Source of the DNA: Spirochaetia bacterium
GTDB lineage: Bacteria; Spirochaetota; Spirochaetia; UBA9216
Assembly (NCBI GenBank): GCA_965140585.1
Contig: OZ223267.1
Span: 475,166-539,165, forward strand
Length of the DNA stretch: 64,000 bases
Direction of reading: 5' to 3'
The notes under the pieces were generated by a model. That model was not told the origin of the DNA, searched no databases, and saw only the letters and a list, made by a program, of their open reading frames with translations. How positions within the stretch are numbered: position 1 is the first letter of the stretch; each line of letters opens with the position of its first letter. This document shows, piece after piece, positions 39,123-49,706 of this stretch. The position numbers were made by a program, and so were the translations under genes.

Positions 39123-39833
39123 TTGGCTGAAGATAAGATAAAAAGCAATACACTGGCTGCGGAAGCCCTCGGGACATTTTTTCTAGTGCTGATAGGCTGC
39201 GGATCAATCGTAGTTAATACCATCTACGGGGGAGTTATAGGACACGCAGGTATTTCAGTTGTATTTGGAATGGTTGTCATGGCGATGATCTACTCAGTCG
39301 GCAATATTTCAGGAGCTCACCTTAATCCTGCCGTGACCATCGGTTTTTTATTTGCAAAAAGAATTGGAATAAGGCAGACTCTGTTCTACATAGTATTTCA
39401 GATTATCGGTGGGCTTGCCGCTTCGCTTCTGCTTAGGTTGATCTTTCCGGAAAGCCAGAGTCTCGGTGAAACAATTCCATCTATAAAAGTTCTGCCGGCA
39501 TTCTTAACCGAGGTTGTGCTTACATTTATGTTGATGTTTGTCATCCTTAATGTTTCAACCGGGCATAAAGAGAAGGGTATAATGGCAGGAGTTGCTATTG
39601 GCGCGACAGTTTGTATTGCCGCTATGGTCGGAGGCCCGCTTACAGGGGCTTCAATGAACCCTGCACGCTCGCTTGGTCCTGGAATTATCAGCGGAAACCT
39701 TGAGCATATCTGGATCTACATCTCTGCTCCGGTAGTGGGCGCAATTCTTGCCTCGCCACTCTGCCGCATACTTCAGGGCCCTGAATGCTGTTATGTTGAT
39801 TGTGATGTAAATAAATCGGTCGATGACCGATAA
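39123..39833 (+). CDS. MIP channel (aquaporin, NIP-like) with Cys-rich tail
   Basis: SGAHLNPAVT and GASMNPARS NPA boxes; C-terminal CRIL..ECCYVDC. Confidence 0.92.
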   Translation: MAEDKIKSNTLAAEALGTFFLVLIGCGSIVVNTIYGGVIGHAGISVVFGMVVMAMIYSVGNISGAHLNPAVTIGFLFAKRIGIRQTLFYIVFQIIGGLAASLLLRLIFPESQSLGETIPSIKVLPAFLTEVVLTFMLMFVILNVSTGHKEKGIMAGVAIGATVCIAAMVGGPLTGASMNPARSLGPGIISGNLEHIWIYISAPVVGAILASPLCRILQGPECCYVDCDVNKSVDDR

Positions 39834-39907
39834 ATAGCCCAATCTCATTTGACAGCCTGTAATAAAAGAGGATACAATCGATCTATCCCACACACAAGGA
39901 TCGAAAT

Positions 39908-42900
39908 ATGGCTAAGAAAGTATTGACTATTGACGGTAACGAAGCGGCGGCGCATGTATCCTACGCCTTCACCGAGATTGCCACTATATACCCAATTACA
40001 CCCTCATCACCAATGGCCGAGAAAGTAGACGAATGGTCCGCAGTAGGCAGGCAAAACATCTTCGGACAGCCGGTACGGCTTGTTGAGATGCAGTCGGAAG
40101 CCGGAGCTGCCGGTGCTATGCACGGAACCCTTGAAGCGGGTGCACTTGCTACGACATATACGGCCTCTCAGGGCCTTCTTTTGATGATTCCGCCTATGTA
40201 CAGAATGGCAGGACAGCTTCATCCGGCAGTTATGCATGTGAGCTCAAGGACTCTCGGTACACATGCTTTTTCAATATTCGGAGATCATTCAGACGTAATG
40301 AGCTGCCGGCAGACCGGTTTTGCCATGCTGGCAAGCTCAAGCGTACAGGAAATTGCCGACCTCGCAGCTGTAGCCCACATGTCGGCGATTAAGGCCCGAG
40401 TTCCGTTTCTTCATTTCTTTGACGGTTTCAGGACTTCGCATGAAATTCAGAAGGCTGAGTTTCTTGAATATGAAGACTACGCAAAACTGGCTGACATGAA
40501 CGCAGTAAACGCTTTTCGCAGAAGAGCTCTCAACCCGGAACACCCGGTAATGAAGAGTACTGTTCAGAATCCTGATATGTTTTTTCAGGCGAGAGAGGCG
40601 ATTAACCCTTATTACAACCAGGTTACTCCAATTGTTGAAGAGTACATGGATAAAATGAACAGTATTACAGGCCGGAAGCTTGGTCTGTTTAACTATTACG
40701 GAGATCCCCAGGCTGAGAACATCATCGTTGCCATGGGATCAGTAAGCGGCACGATTGAAGAAACCGTTGACTACCTCCGCGGAAAGGGAGAGAAGGTCGG
40801 TTTTATTCAGGTTCACCTCTACAGACCCTTCTCGGTCAAGCATCTTCTGGAACTTATTCCGGCCAGCGTTAAAAATATCAGTGTTCTTGACCGGACAAAG
40901 GAACCCGGGGCAATAGGCGAACCGCTGTACGTCGATGTGACCTCTGCAGTATATTCAGCTGGAAGACAGATTCGGATCACCGGCGGCCGCTACGGACTTT
41001 CCTCAAAAGACACTACACCTGCACAGATTGCCGGTGTTTTTGCGAACATGAAATCTGCCGAACCTAAAAACGGATTTACAATCGGTATTGAAGATGATGT
41101 CACCCATCTTTCATTAAAAGATGAACCTGTTTACATAGAAACTAAAAATATCAGCTGCAAGTTCTGGGGGCTCGGCTCGGATGGAACTGTTGGTGCCAAC
41201 AAGAATACGATCAAGATTATCGGCGACTACACAGACCAGAATGTTCAGGCTTATTTTGAATACGATACCAAGAAATCATACGGAATTACCAAATCTAACC
41301 TCCGTTTCGGAAATGAAAAGATACGCTCAAGCTATCTTGTAAAATCGGCAGATTTTGTGGCCTGTCACAATGCATCATTCATAGACAAGTACGACATGCT
41401 GACTGACCTCAAACCCGGCGGTACCTTCCTGCTTAATTGCGGCTGGAATGCTGACGAGCTGGATGCCAACCTACCTTCAGCTGTTAAGAAAGCTCTGGCA
41501 GATAAGAATGTAAATTTCTTTACCATAGATGCAACCGCAATTGCCGAAGAATTGGGACTTGGAAACAGAACTAATACAGTACTGCAGGCTGCTTTCTTTA
41601 AACTTGCAAATATTATTCCAGTCGATGAAGCAGTTAAGTATATGAAGGGGGGGATTAAAAAGACCTACTTCAAAAAAGGTGAGGCTGTTATCAAGCTTAA
41701 CTATGATGCCGTGGATAAGGGGATTGACGGAGCAGTCAGGGTGAATGTCCCTGAAGCCTGGAAATCAGCACCTGCCGATCCTGTTCATACGGTAAATCCT
41801 GAGTGGCCGTCATTCGTGAAGAATATACTGATTCCCGCAAACGCTCAGCGAGGTGATGAACTTCCGGTGAGTGCTTTCAACGATATTGTTGACGGTGCGG
41901 TAAAGCTTGGAACTTCCCAGTATGAGAAACGCGGCATAGCCGTGAGTATTCCTGTCTGGCAGCCGGAGAAATGTATTCAGTGCAATCAATGTGCATATGT
42001 CTGTCCCCATGCGGTAATTCGCCCCTTCCTTCTGACAGATGAAGAGGCTTCCAATGCACCCGAGGGTTTCAAGATAGCAGAAACAAAGGGAAAGATGCCT
42101 GAGGGGCTCAAGTACAGTATTCAGGTGAGTACAATGGACTGTACCGGCTGCGGGATATGTGAGAACACCTGCCCGGCAAAGGAAAAGGCCCTGGTTATGA
42201 CAGCTTTTACTCCGAGTGCTGAATATGATGCATTCTGGGAGTATGCTTTTAACCTGCCGGTTAAGGATAATCCAGTTAGAAAGACTACGGTCAAGGGCAG
42301 CCAGTTTGAGCAGCCTCTGCTTGAGTTTTCCGGTGCATGTGCCGGATGCGGTGAAACTCCCTATATCAAGGTTGTTACCCAGCTTTACGGCGACAAGATG
42401 TATTTTGCCAACGCTACCGGCTGTACCCAGGCTTGGGGCGCTGCGATGCCTTCAATACCCTATACTGTAAATAAAAAAGGGAAAGGTCCGGCTTGGTCAA
42501 ACTCCCTCTTTGAAAATAATGCAGAGTTTAGCCTTGGAATGGCTCTTGCCGTAACCCAGCAGAGAAACCGCCTCAAAGGACTTGCTTCCGGGCTGCTTGA
42601 AAGCACCGCGGACGGCTCATTAAAAGAATCGATTACAAAATGGCTTGATACCTTCAGCAGTGATACCGAATCTGAAGCAGCCTCTGCGGAGTTTATTTCC
42701 AGGCTTAAAGCATACAACCCTGCAGCAGCCGAGAAAGATGCGGTTTCCGTCATTCTCGAAAACAATGACCAGCTTGCAAAGAAGATGATGTGGATGATTG
42801 GAGGCGACGGCTGGGCCTATGATATCGGGTACGGCGGACTTGATCATGTTCTCGCCCTTGGTGAAGACATAAATATCCTGATTCTTGATACCGAGGTTTA

Positions 42901-43432
42901 TTCCAATACCGGCGGTCAGTCTTCAAAGGCTACCCCGATAGGTGCCGTAGCTCAGTTTGCCGCTTCAGGAAAGAAGGTCGGCAAGAAGGACCTTGCCGCC
43001 CAGGCTATTGCATACGGAAACGTTTATGTTGCTCAGGTCGCAATGGGCGCCAACCAGGGACATCTTATCAAGGTTCTTGAAGAAGCGGTCAATTATCCCG
43101 GACCGTCGCTCGTAATAGCATATGCGCCCTGTATAGCACACGGTCTGAAGCGCGGAATGAAAGATGCACAGGAAGAAATGAAACTGGCGGTTGATACCGG
43201 TTACTGGCATCTTTTCAGGTATAATCCTTCTCTTAAGGATGAGGGCAAAAATCCCTTCCAGCTTGATTCAAAGGAACCCTCAGTTGAACTGAGTGAGTTT
43301 CTGAAGAGGGAAACAAGATATTCCGCCCTTGAGATTACATTTCCTGATGAAGCTGAAAGGCTCTTTGTCGAAGCGGAACGTCAGGTGAAAGAAAAATTCC
43401 GCAAATACAAGATGATGAGTGAGAGTTATTAA
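39908..43432 (+). CDS. nifJ: Pyruvate:ferredoxin (flavodoxin) oxidoreductase
   Basis: DGNEA, YPITPSS, EMQSEAGAAG, GSDGTVGANKN, two ferredoxin motifs, FSGACAGCGE, GGDGWAYDIG, YSNTGGQ. Confidence 0.97.
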   Translation: MAKKVLTIDGNEAAAHVSYAFTEIATIYPITPSSPMAEKVDEWSAVGRQNIFGQPVRLVEMQSEAGAAGAMHGTLEAGALATTYTASQGLLLMIPPMYRMAGQLHPAVMHVSSRTLGTHAFSIFGDHSDVMSCRQTGFAMLASSSVQEIADLAAVAHMSAIKARVPFLHFFDGFRTSHEIQKAEFLEYEDYAKLADMNAVNAFRRRALNPEHPVMKSTVQNPDMFFQAREAINPYYNQVTPIVEEYMDKMNSITGRKLGLFNYYGDPQAENIIVAMGSVSGTIEETVDYLRGKGEKVGFIQVHLYRPFSVKHLLELIPASVKNISVLDRTKEPGAIGEPLYVDVTSAVYSAGRQIRITGGRYGLSSKDTTPAQIAGVFANMKSAEPKNGFTIGIEDDVTHLSLKDEPVYIETKNISCKFWGLGSDGTVGANKNTIKIIGDYTDQNVQAYFEYDTKKSYGITKSNLRFGNEKIRSSYLVKSADFVACHNASFIDKYDMLTDLKPGGTFLLNCGWNADELDANLPSAVKKALADKNVNFFTIDATAIAEELGLGNRTNTVLQAAFFKLANIIPVDEAVKYMKGGIKKTYFKKGEAVIKLNYDAVDKGIDGAVRVNVPEAWKSAPADPVHTVNPEWPSFVKNILIPANAQRGDELPVSAFNDIVDGAVKLGTSQYEKRGIAVSIPVWQPEKCIQCNQCAYVCPHAVIRPFLLTDEEASNAPEGFKIAETKGKMPEGLKYSIQVSTMDCTGCGICENTCPAKEKALVMTAFTPSAEYDAFWEYAFNLPVKDNPVRKTTVKGSQFEQPLLEFSGACAGCGETPYIKVVTQLYGDKMYFANATGCTQAWGAAMPSIPYTVNKKGKGPAWSNSLFENNAEFSLGMALAVTQQRNRLKGLASGLLESTADGSLKESITKWLDTFSSDTESEAASAEFISRLKAYNPAAAEKDAVSVILENNDQLAKKMMWMIGGDGWAYDIGYGGLDHVLALGEDINILILDTEVYSNTGGQSSKATPIGAVAQFAASGKKVGKKDLAAQAIAYGNVYVAQVAMGANQGHLIKVLEEAVNYPGPSLVIAYAPCIAHGLKRGMKDAQEEMKLAVDTGYWHLFRYNPSLKDEGKNPFQLDSKEPSVELSEFLKRETRYSALEITFPDEAERLFVEAERQVKEKFRKYKMMSESY

Positions 43433-43435
43433 AAT

Positions 43436-43726
43436 ATGGAAGAAAAAAGATACCCAAGAAATTATTTTACGAGCCTCGGCATCTCGATCGGTGTTCCGGT
43501 CGGAGTTGCGCTGGGGCTTGTTTTCAAGAACCTCGGAATCGGTGTTACTGTAGGCTTAAGTGCCGGTGTCATAGTAGGCCGACTTCTTGAAAAGAAAAAG
43601 AATCTCAATCCGCTGGAGCAGGACAGTGAAGAGCATACAAAAGGACGAAAGCGGCTTCTGCTAATGTTTCTGATAGGCGATGTGGTTTTTATTGCGCTTG
43701 CAGCCTATATTGTGCTTAGCAGATAG
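43436..43726 (+). CDS. Small membrane hypothetical protein (glycine-zipper-like)
   Basis: GISIGVPVGVALG...GVTVGLSAG hydrophobic segments; directly follows PFOR. Confidence 0.6.
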   Translation: MEEKRYPRNYFTSLGISIGVPVGVALGLVFKNLGIGVTVGLSAGVIVGRLLEKKKNLNPLEQDSEEHTKGRKRLLLMFLIGDVVFIALAAYIVLSR

Positions 43727-43747
43727 GTTTTTCTGATTTTGTTTGTC

Positions 43748-43788
43748 AAACCCCTTTTACAGAATTAAAAATCTGTAAAAGGGGTTTT
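43748..43788. terminator. Bidirectional terminator
   Basis: AAACCCCTTTTACAGA-attaaaaa-TCTGTAAAAGGGGTTT. Confidence 0.85.
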
Positions 43789-43800
43789 CTGTTTCCGGGC

Positions 43801-44880
43801 TCATTCAAATGCAGCTGCAACATCCTTCAGATGTTTAATAATTTCAATATGCTGCGGACAGTGACTTTCACAGGCTCCGCATTCAATACAATCCGAAGCC
43901 TTTCCGTGATTTTTAATATAGTTTCCATAGTAGACCTTCTGAACAGAAAATCCCTTGAACAAATCCTGCTTCTCGGCGTTATATAATGAAAAATATTCCG
44001 GGATGGCGATATTCTGCGGACAGTCGTCTACACAGTATCTGCAGGCGGTGCAGGGGACAGTGATGCTGTCGTTTATTATTTTAACAGCCTTTTTAATTAC
44101 TGATGATTCATCTTTAGTAATTGGTTTAAAATCCTGCATGTAGTCCGTATTATCTGAAAGCTGCTCATAGTCAGACATTCCGCTTAGCACTGTGAATATA
44201 CCTTCAAGACTGGCTGCGTACCTGATTGCCCAGGAAGCGAGGGACGCTTCGGGGGCTGCTTCTTTGAACAGCTTTTCTGCTTCTTCAGGCAGAGCGGTAA
44301 GAGTTCCTCCCTTTACAGGTTCCATTACTACAATAGGCTTATTGTGCCTAAGTGCAATTTCATAACATTTCCTGACTGAATAGCCTTGCTGTTCCAGTCC
44401 AGGTAGTTTAGCTGAAGCTGCACAAAATCAATTTCAGGATGATCCGACAAGATTGTTTCAAGCAGATCTGCATAATCATGAAAAGAAAACCCTATCTGCT
44501 TTATTTTTCCCTCTGCTTTCATTTTGCTGATGAACTCAAAACTTCTGCATTTTTTTGCAATTTCATAATGGCTTTCATTCAGGTTATGCAGAAGGTAATA
44601 ATCAAAATAATCCACACCGCACTTCTCAAGCTGTTCGTTAAAAATACGCAGATTGTCCTCTTCAGATTTAAGAAACATCGTCGGCAGCTTTGTGGCTACT
44701 GTAAAACTATCTCTGGTGTGGCGTTTTACCAGTGATTCTCGTAGAGCAATCTCACTTTTAAAACTGTGATACATATATGCTGTATCAAAATATGTAAAAC
44801 CGCGTTCAAGAAATGTGTCTACCATCCTGTTAAGTGTTTCAAAATCTACTGATGCCTGATCTCCTGGTTCAGTAAGCGGA
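43801..44880 (-). pseudogene. Aldo/keto reductase with C-terminal 4Fe-4S domain; 5'-truncated and frameshifted
   Basis: ORFs 44328-44825 (YFDTAYMYH, VATKLP, DYYLLH, GFSFHD) and 43801-44325 ([24 protein letters not shown]) join as ..IQSG[K][17 protein letters not shown] if one base is added at 44368-44370; homology extends to PLTEPGD.. but the usual xLGFGxMRL start is absent. Confidence 0.8.
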
Positions 44881-44930
44881 TAAAGGTCAATATATTGAGA
44901 TAATATAAATATATTAAGGAAATACTTGGA

Positions 44931-45968
44931 TTATTCGGCACCCATATCAAACAGTATTTTCATATAAGGTTTCCCGCCGTAGATTACATCATATGCTTTC
45001 TGAGCCTCATCAGCCTTGAATACATGTGATATAATTTTTTCATCTTTTATATATCCCTGTTTAAGAAGCTGAATTGCAATTTCCCATTCACGTCCCGGCC
45101 AGGGTGCAGAATAGTTCATCCATGAGCCTTTTACAGTCAGTTCCTTCCGGTTAATCCTTTCCATAAGTTCCGGTTCAAATGTAGCCGGTTTTGCAGCTGT
45201 GCCTACCAGGACAATGGTCCCTCTGCCGTTACACACCGTAAGTGCATCAATCTTTCCGAAATTAGTACCCGAACATTCCAGGATGATATCCGGTCGAGGG
45301 TGAGAGTTGTAGTATTCAGCTAATGGTACCGAGCCTGAGTTTATAGTAAAATCAGCACCGCATTCTGCAGCAGAAGAAAGTTTTTCATCCACAACGTCGG
45401 AAACTGTTATGCTTGCCGGGCCCATCATTTTAACTGCAGAAACTGCAAGCAGTCCGATGGTGCCTGCACCTATCACCAGAACATTTTTCCCTGCAATCGT
45501 TCCGAGCTCCAGTACAGGATGTAGGCTTACAGTAATGGGTTCAAGCAGGGCTGCCTGCTTAAGGCTCAGCTCATCATCAAGCAGGATGATATTAGATGCT
45601 TTGACCCTGACATATTCGGCAAAGGCTCCGTTTTTACGTGAACCGACAAACGAGTAGCTCTCACAAAGTGAGTAATGGCCCTGCTGGCACCATTCGCATT
45701 CATGGCAGGGTTCAAGAGGCACTGCGGCAACACGATCTCCGGGTTTGATATTTTTAACACCGGCACCAACTTCATCGACTGTGCCTGAAAACTCATGCCC
45801 GAGAGCTATTGTATTCCATTTGGGATTATCCTCTCTGACTCGCTGTATATCAGAACCGCAAATACCGGCATAGGCAACCCTGACTATTACTTCATCCGCT
45901 CCGGCGGATGGCTTTTCTATTTCAACAGCAGAAACCTTTAAAGGTTCGGTTCTAATTATTGCTTTCAT
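44931..45968 (-). CDS. Zn-dependent polyol(-phosphate) dehydrogenase (galactitol-1-P dehydrogenase-like)
   Basis: GICGSD, GHEFSG, CHECEWC..C, GAFAEY, LEP, GAGTIG, KGSW. Confidence 0.88.
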   Translation of the reverse strand: MKAIIRTEPLKVSAVEIEKPSAGADEVIVRVAYAGICGSDIQRVREDNPKWNTIALGHEFSGTVDEVGAGVKNIKPGDRVAAVPLEPCHECEWCQQGHYSLCESYSFVGSRKNGAFAEYVRVKASNIILLDDELSLKQAALLEPITVSLHPVLELGTIAGKNVLVIGAGTIGLLAVSAVKMMGPASITVSDVVDEKLSSAAECGADFTINSGSVPLAEYYNSHPRPDIILECSGTNFGKIDALTVCNGRGTIVLVGTAAKPATFEPELMERINRKELTVKGSWMNYSAPWPGREWEIAIQLLKQGYIKDEKIISHVFKADEAQKAYDVIYGGKPYMKILFDMGAE

Positions 45969-47464
45969 TTTATCTCTCCATAAGTATTAAGTTGGCGGAA
46001 AACCGGTTCAAGTCCGGAATACAGCATTTTGAAAATTTCAGATCGTTTATGGTTAAGCTGGGTGGTCTTATCAGTCCCATCAGGGAAAAAACTTTCACGG
46101 ACGGAAATCATGTCTGCGGCTTCCTCGAAGGAGCCGAATATTCCGGTTCCGACTCCTGCTGTTACAGCTGCGCCCAGGGAAGCCACATCATCATTTCCCG
46201 GTATTGAGATTGTACAGTTAAGAATATCAGCGAACATCTGCGCCCAGACTCGGCTGTTTGAACAGCCGCCGGTCAGTCTGATAGCATCGGGAAAAATGCC
46301 TTTTTCACGCTGAATATCGATTATCGTACGTACGCCTAGAACATTTCCTTCCATCAGAGCTCTGTACATTTCGTTACGCGTTGTGTCCGGAGTAAGCCCG
46401 AAAAAGACTCCCTTTGTATCATTATTCCAGAGAGGGGCCCGCTGTCCGACCATGTAGGGAAGAAACATCGGGGATTGCTGATTAGGTTCAGCCTGTTTGG
46501 AGGCTGTGTTTACAACTTCAAAGCTTTCCTCTCCAAGCAGTTCCTTGAACCACTTAAGACCTGCTCCGCCGTAATCAACTCCGGCGACACTCAGCCATTT
46601 CCCGTGAACAGAATGCCTGTAGAGATGCATCCTACTGTCATAGTCCGGCTGTTCAATACAGCAGTTAACAGTTGTTACAGTACCGGCAGAGACGTAAACC
46701 TCGCGATTTCGGTATAGCCCTGCGCCTGCGCCTGCTGCAGCGTTGTCCATTGAGCCGCAGACTACCGGAGTTCCCTGCATAAGCCCTGAAAGAGATGCTG
46801 CTTCAGACGTGACGGTTCCGGCTATTTCGGTACTCTCGAAAATATCAGGGAGCTTCCCGCCTGCGATTCCGCAGCCATTAAGAAGTTCTTTAGACCACTG
46901 CGAATCGGAAGTTCTGCATAACTGGGAAAGTCCGCATTCGGTAACATCCATGGTGTTATTTCCTGTAAGCTTTCTTACAAGATATCCATTGGCATGAAGG
47001 AAGATATCTGTTTTATTATATATTTCAGAGCGGTTTTTTTTGAGCCACATCACCTTGGGGCCGAAATTGGAAGGATCATTGTGATTTCCTGCAATCTTAA
47101 AAAAATCATTTCCGAATATGCTGTCGATTTGCCGGCATTCAATTTCGGCTCTACGGTCCAGCCAAAGCATAGCCGGATGAATGGGATTACCGTCAATATC
47201 AAGCGGAACTACTGCAGAGGACATTGTATCGATACCTACAGCTGCCACATCAGATGAGTTGAATCCGCTTTCAGAGAATATTTCAGAGGTAGAGTCACAA
47301 AGAAGCTTCCACCACATCTGCGGGTCCTGTTCGGCGCCATTATCTTCTGTATGATTTGTCAGGTAGAACTTCTGAACACTGTGAAGGGTTTTTAACTCAG
47401 AGCTGTAAAGTACGGTTTTCATACTGGTCGTGCCGAGATCTACACTAAGAATCAGGTTTTTCAT
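45965..47464 (-). CDS. FGGY-family carbohydrate kinase (xylulokinase-like)
   Basis: DLGTTS, EQDP..WW, LWLDRR, FLPYMVGQRAP, ALMEG, LTGG..S..WAQMFAD. Confidence 0.9.
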   Translation of the reverse strand: MKNLILSVDLGTTSMKTVLYSSELKTLHSVQKFYLTNHTEDNGAEQDPQMWWKLLCDSTSEIFSESGFNSSDVAAVGIDTMSSAVVPLDIDGNPIHPAMLWLDRRAEIECRQIDSIFGNDFFKIAGNHNDPSNFGPKVMWLKKNRSEIYNKTDIFLHANGYLVRKLTGNNTMDVTECGLSQLCRTSDSQWSKELLNGCGIAGGKLPDIFESTEIAGTVTSEAASLSGLMQGTPVVCGSMDNAAAGAGAGLYRNREVYVSAGTVTTVNCCIEQPDYDSRMHLYRHSVHGKWLSVAGVDYGGAGLKWFKELLGEESFEVVNTASKQAEPNQQSPMFLPYMVGQRAPLWNNDTKGVFFGLTPDTTRNEMYRALMEGNVLGVRTIIDIQREKGIFPDAIRLTGGCSNSRVWAQMFADILNCTISIPGNDDVASLGAAVTAGVGTGIFGSFEEAADMISVRESFFPDGTDKTTQLNHKRSEIFKMLYSGLEPVFRQLNTYGEIK

Positions 47465-47499
47465 CAGTTCTCCCGTGTCCGATTATATAATTAAATATA

Positions 47500-47513
47500 G
47501 TTAATCGATTAAC
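47500..47513. promoter_or_regulatory. LacI-family operator
   Basis: Perfect 14-bp palindrome GTTAATCGATTAAC with central CG, between the divergent kinase and LacI genes. Confidence 0.75.
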
Positions 47514-47663
47514 CTTTTGTAAAGTAGTCGATTCCTGAAATAAACAAAATAATAAAACAATTAATTCAAAGCCTCTTGTAAAACTCTCCGGGTTTTTCAG
47601 GAAGCTCATTGAAAAGTTTATTGACCAGTGCTAAGATTTTTCAATAAAAATCAGGAGAAATAC

Positions 47664-48662
47664 TTGGCTGCTTCAATGAAAGATGTCGCTTCACTTGCAG
47701 GCGTTTCAACCGCTACAGTCTCTCATGTGATAAATCGGACAAGAAATGTCAAACCGGAAACATACCGCAGGGTCATGAATGCAATAAGTGAACTGCAGTA
47801 CTCAGTCAACCCTGTTGCAAGGAATCTTCGAAACGGCAGATCACGAATCATCGGATACATGGTCTCGAATCTGGCAAATTACTTTTATATAGAAATTTCA
47901 AGAAAAATGGAAGAAATTCTCTACGCTGCCGGCTACAGCGTTATTCATTTAAATACAGATGAAGATCCTGTAAAAGAAAAAGAGAGTCTTCAGAATCTGG
48001 TGCTGCAGAATGTTGACGGTCTGATTATTGTGCCGGTTTCAAATGACTGGACCGAGCTGGAAGACATTGTAGGGGACAGATGTCCCTGTGTGTTTATCGA
48101 CCGTAAGCCTGAAAACTGCCTTCACGACAGCGTACTGTCAACCAATTATGAGGGAGCATATGAATGCACCCGTATTCTACTGAACCGCGGGCATGAGCGA
48201 GTGGGCTTTCTGGCGTCACGCAAGGACACAACCATGGACGAGCGTCTGAACGGCTATCTGCAGGCCTTGAGGGACACAGGGCGGAAAACTGATGAAAGGC
48301 TTGTTAAAACAGGAAGCGGAAGACCTATGATTACCCGTGAAATGCAAAAGGGTGAAAGCTATAATCTTATGAAAGAGCTTTATGAGGTTGAAAAAATTAA
48401 AGCCCTGTTTATCGGAAATGATCTGTTTGCTCTGGGCGCTTTTAATTATGTAATCGATAAGGGCCTGCGTATTCCGGAGGATATTGATATTGTTACATTC
48501 GACAATCCATTCTGGCTGTCAATGCTTGATACCCGTATACCGGCGATGAGGCAGGATTTTGAGTCAATGGGGAAGGCTGCGGCTGAAATAATGCTTAAAA
48601 AACTGAACGGTGCCGATCATGAAATTAAAGAATACCGGATTAAAACCCGGTTAGTCATTTGA
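47664..48662 (+). CDS. LacI family transcriptional regulator
   Basis: SMKDVASLAGVSTATVSHVIN HTH, VDGLII, IPEDI..VTFD; TTG start after AGGAG. Confidence 0.93.
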   Translation: MAASMKDVASLAGVSTATVSHVINRTRNVKPETYRRVMNAISELQYSVNPVARNLRNGRSRIIGYMVSNLANYFYIEISRKMEEILYAAGYSVIHLNTDEDPVKEKESLQNLVLQNVDGLIIVPVSNDWTELEDIVGDRCPCVFIDRKPENCLHDSVLSTNYEGAYECTRILLNRGHERVGFLASRKDTTMDERLNGYLQALRDTGRKTDERLVKTGSGRPMITREMQKGESYNLMKELYEVEKIKALFIGNDLFALGAFNYVIDKGLRIPEDIDIVTFDNPFWLSMLDTRIPAMRQDFESMGKAAAEIMLKKLNGADHEIKEYRIKTRLVI

Positions 48663-48737
48663 ACTCAGCTGTCAGGCTTTAAAAAATAGAGTTCACAGCT
48701 GCGGGTTTCAATAGTATTATATTAAAAAGGGGAAACT

Positions 48738-49223
48738 ATGAGTGGACCGTTTAAAAATATTCTTGTATACGTTGACGGCTCAGAAGCTTCTATTTCAGCT
48801 GCGATGTACGCAATAGTTCTGGCTGAAAGTACCGGTGCTTCTCTGACGGCTGTTTATATCATAAATACAAGAGCTTTAAGCGACCTTGTGACAGCTCATA
48901 TTTTTATCAAGAGTGAGGAAGCCGAGTACCAGCAGGATCTTGAAAAGGATGCGGACAGGTATCTTAAGCATGTTTCAAAACTTGCTGCAGGAAAGGGGCT
49001 CGAGATATCAACACTCAAACTTTCCGGATCTGTGAATAAGGAAATCAAGAATATAGTTAAGAAAGATAATTATGATCTTCTTGTGATTGGCGGGGTTTCT
49101 CAAATCAGAAGCCGCAGAGACGAGTTTTACAATGAAGCCGACAGGGCAATGAGAAGTGTATCCTGCCCGGTACTTGTAGTAAAAGAAGATGAACAGCTGT
49201 GGGATCTTTTCGAGTCCCTTTAA
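48738..49223 (+). CDS. Universal stress protein
   Basis: FKNILVYVDGSE, DLLVIG, CPVLVVK. Confidence 0.88.
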   Translation: MSGPFKNILVYVDGSEASISAAMYAIVLAESTGASLTAVYIINTRALSDLVTAHIFIKSEEAEYQQDLEKDADRYLKHVSKLAAGKGLEISTLKLSGSVNKEIKNIVKKDNYDLLVIGGVSQIRSRRDEFYNEADRAMRSVSCPVLVVKEDEQLWDLFESL

Positions 49224-49237
49224 AATAAGGAGTAAAG

Positions 49238-49687
49238 ATGGGGTTTATTGATTTACTTGATAAAAATCTTATAAGGGTTCCTGTAAAAGCCACCAAAAAA
49301 ATTGAGCTTATTGAAGAGCTTATTCAGGTCCTTGATAAGAATGGTGCACTAAAAGACCGTGAAAAGGCGCTGAACGATGTTCTGAAAAGAGAACAGATGG
49401 GCAGCACCGGCCTTGAAAAGGGAATAGCTGTTCCGCACTCAAAAACCGATGCGGTTGAAAAGATGGTGATGGCAATCGGAATCGCCCCATCGGGAATAGA
49501 TTTTAATGCACTGGACGGCAACCCCTCCACGCTTTTCTTTATGATACTGGCTCCGCCCGACCAGTCAGGACCCCATATTGAGGTTCTTGCAGATATTGCA
49601 CGGGCTACAAAGTCGGCAGCACTGTGCAGACTCCTTGTTAATGCCGCTGATGCAGACGAGGTTCTTGAACTGTTTGAGGAAACCTGA
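49238..49687 (+). CDS. PTS EIIA (fructose/Ntr-type) domain protein
   Basis: REQMGSTGLEKGIAVPHSK, GIDFNALDG, HIEVLA. Confidence 0.9.
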   Translation: MGFIDLLDKNLIRVPVKATKKIELIEELIQVLDKNGALKDREKALNDVLKREQMGSTGLEKGIAVPHSKTDAVEKMVMAIGIAPSGIDFNALDGNPSTLFFMILAPPDQSGPHIEVLADIARATKSAALCRLLVNAADADEVLELFEET

Positions 49688-49706
49688 TTGAGCCCGGCAG
49701 TTCTGT

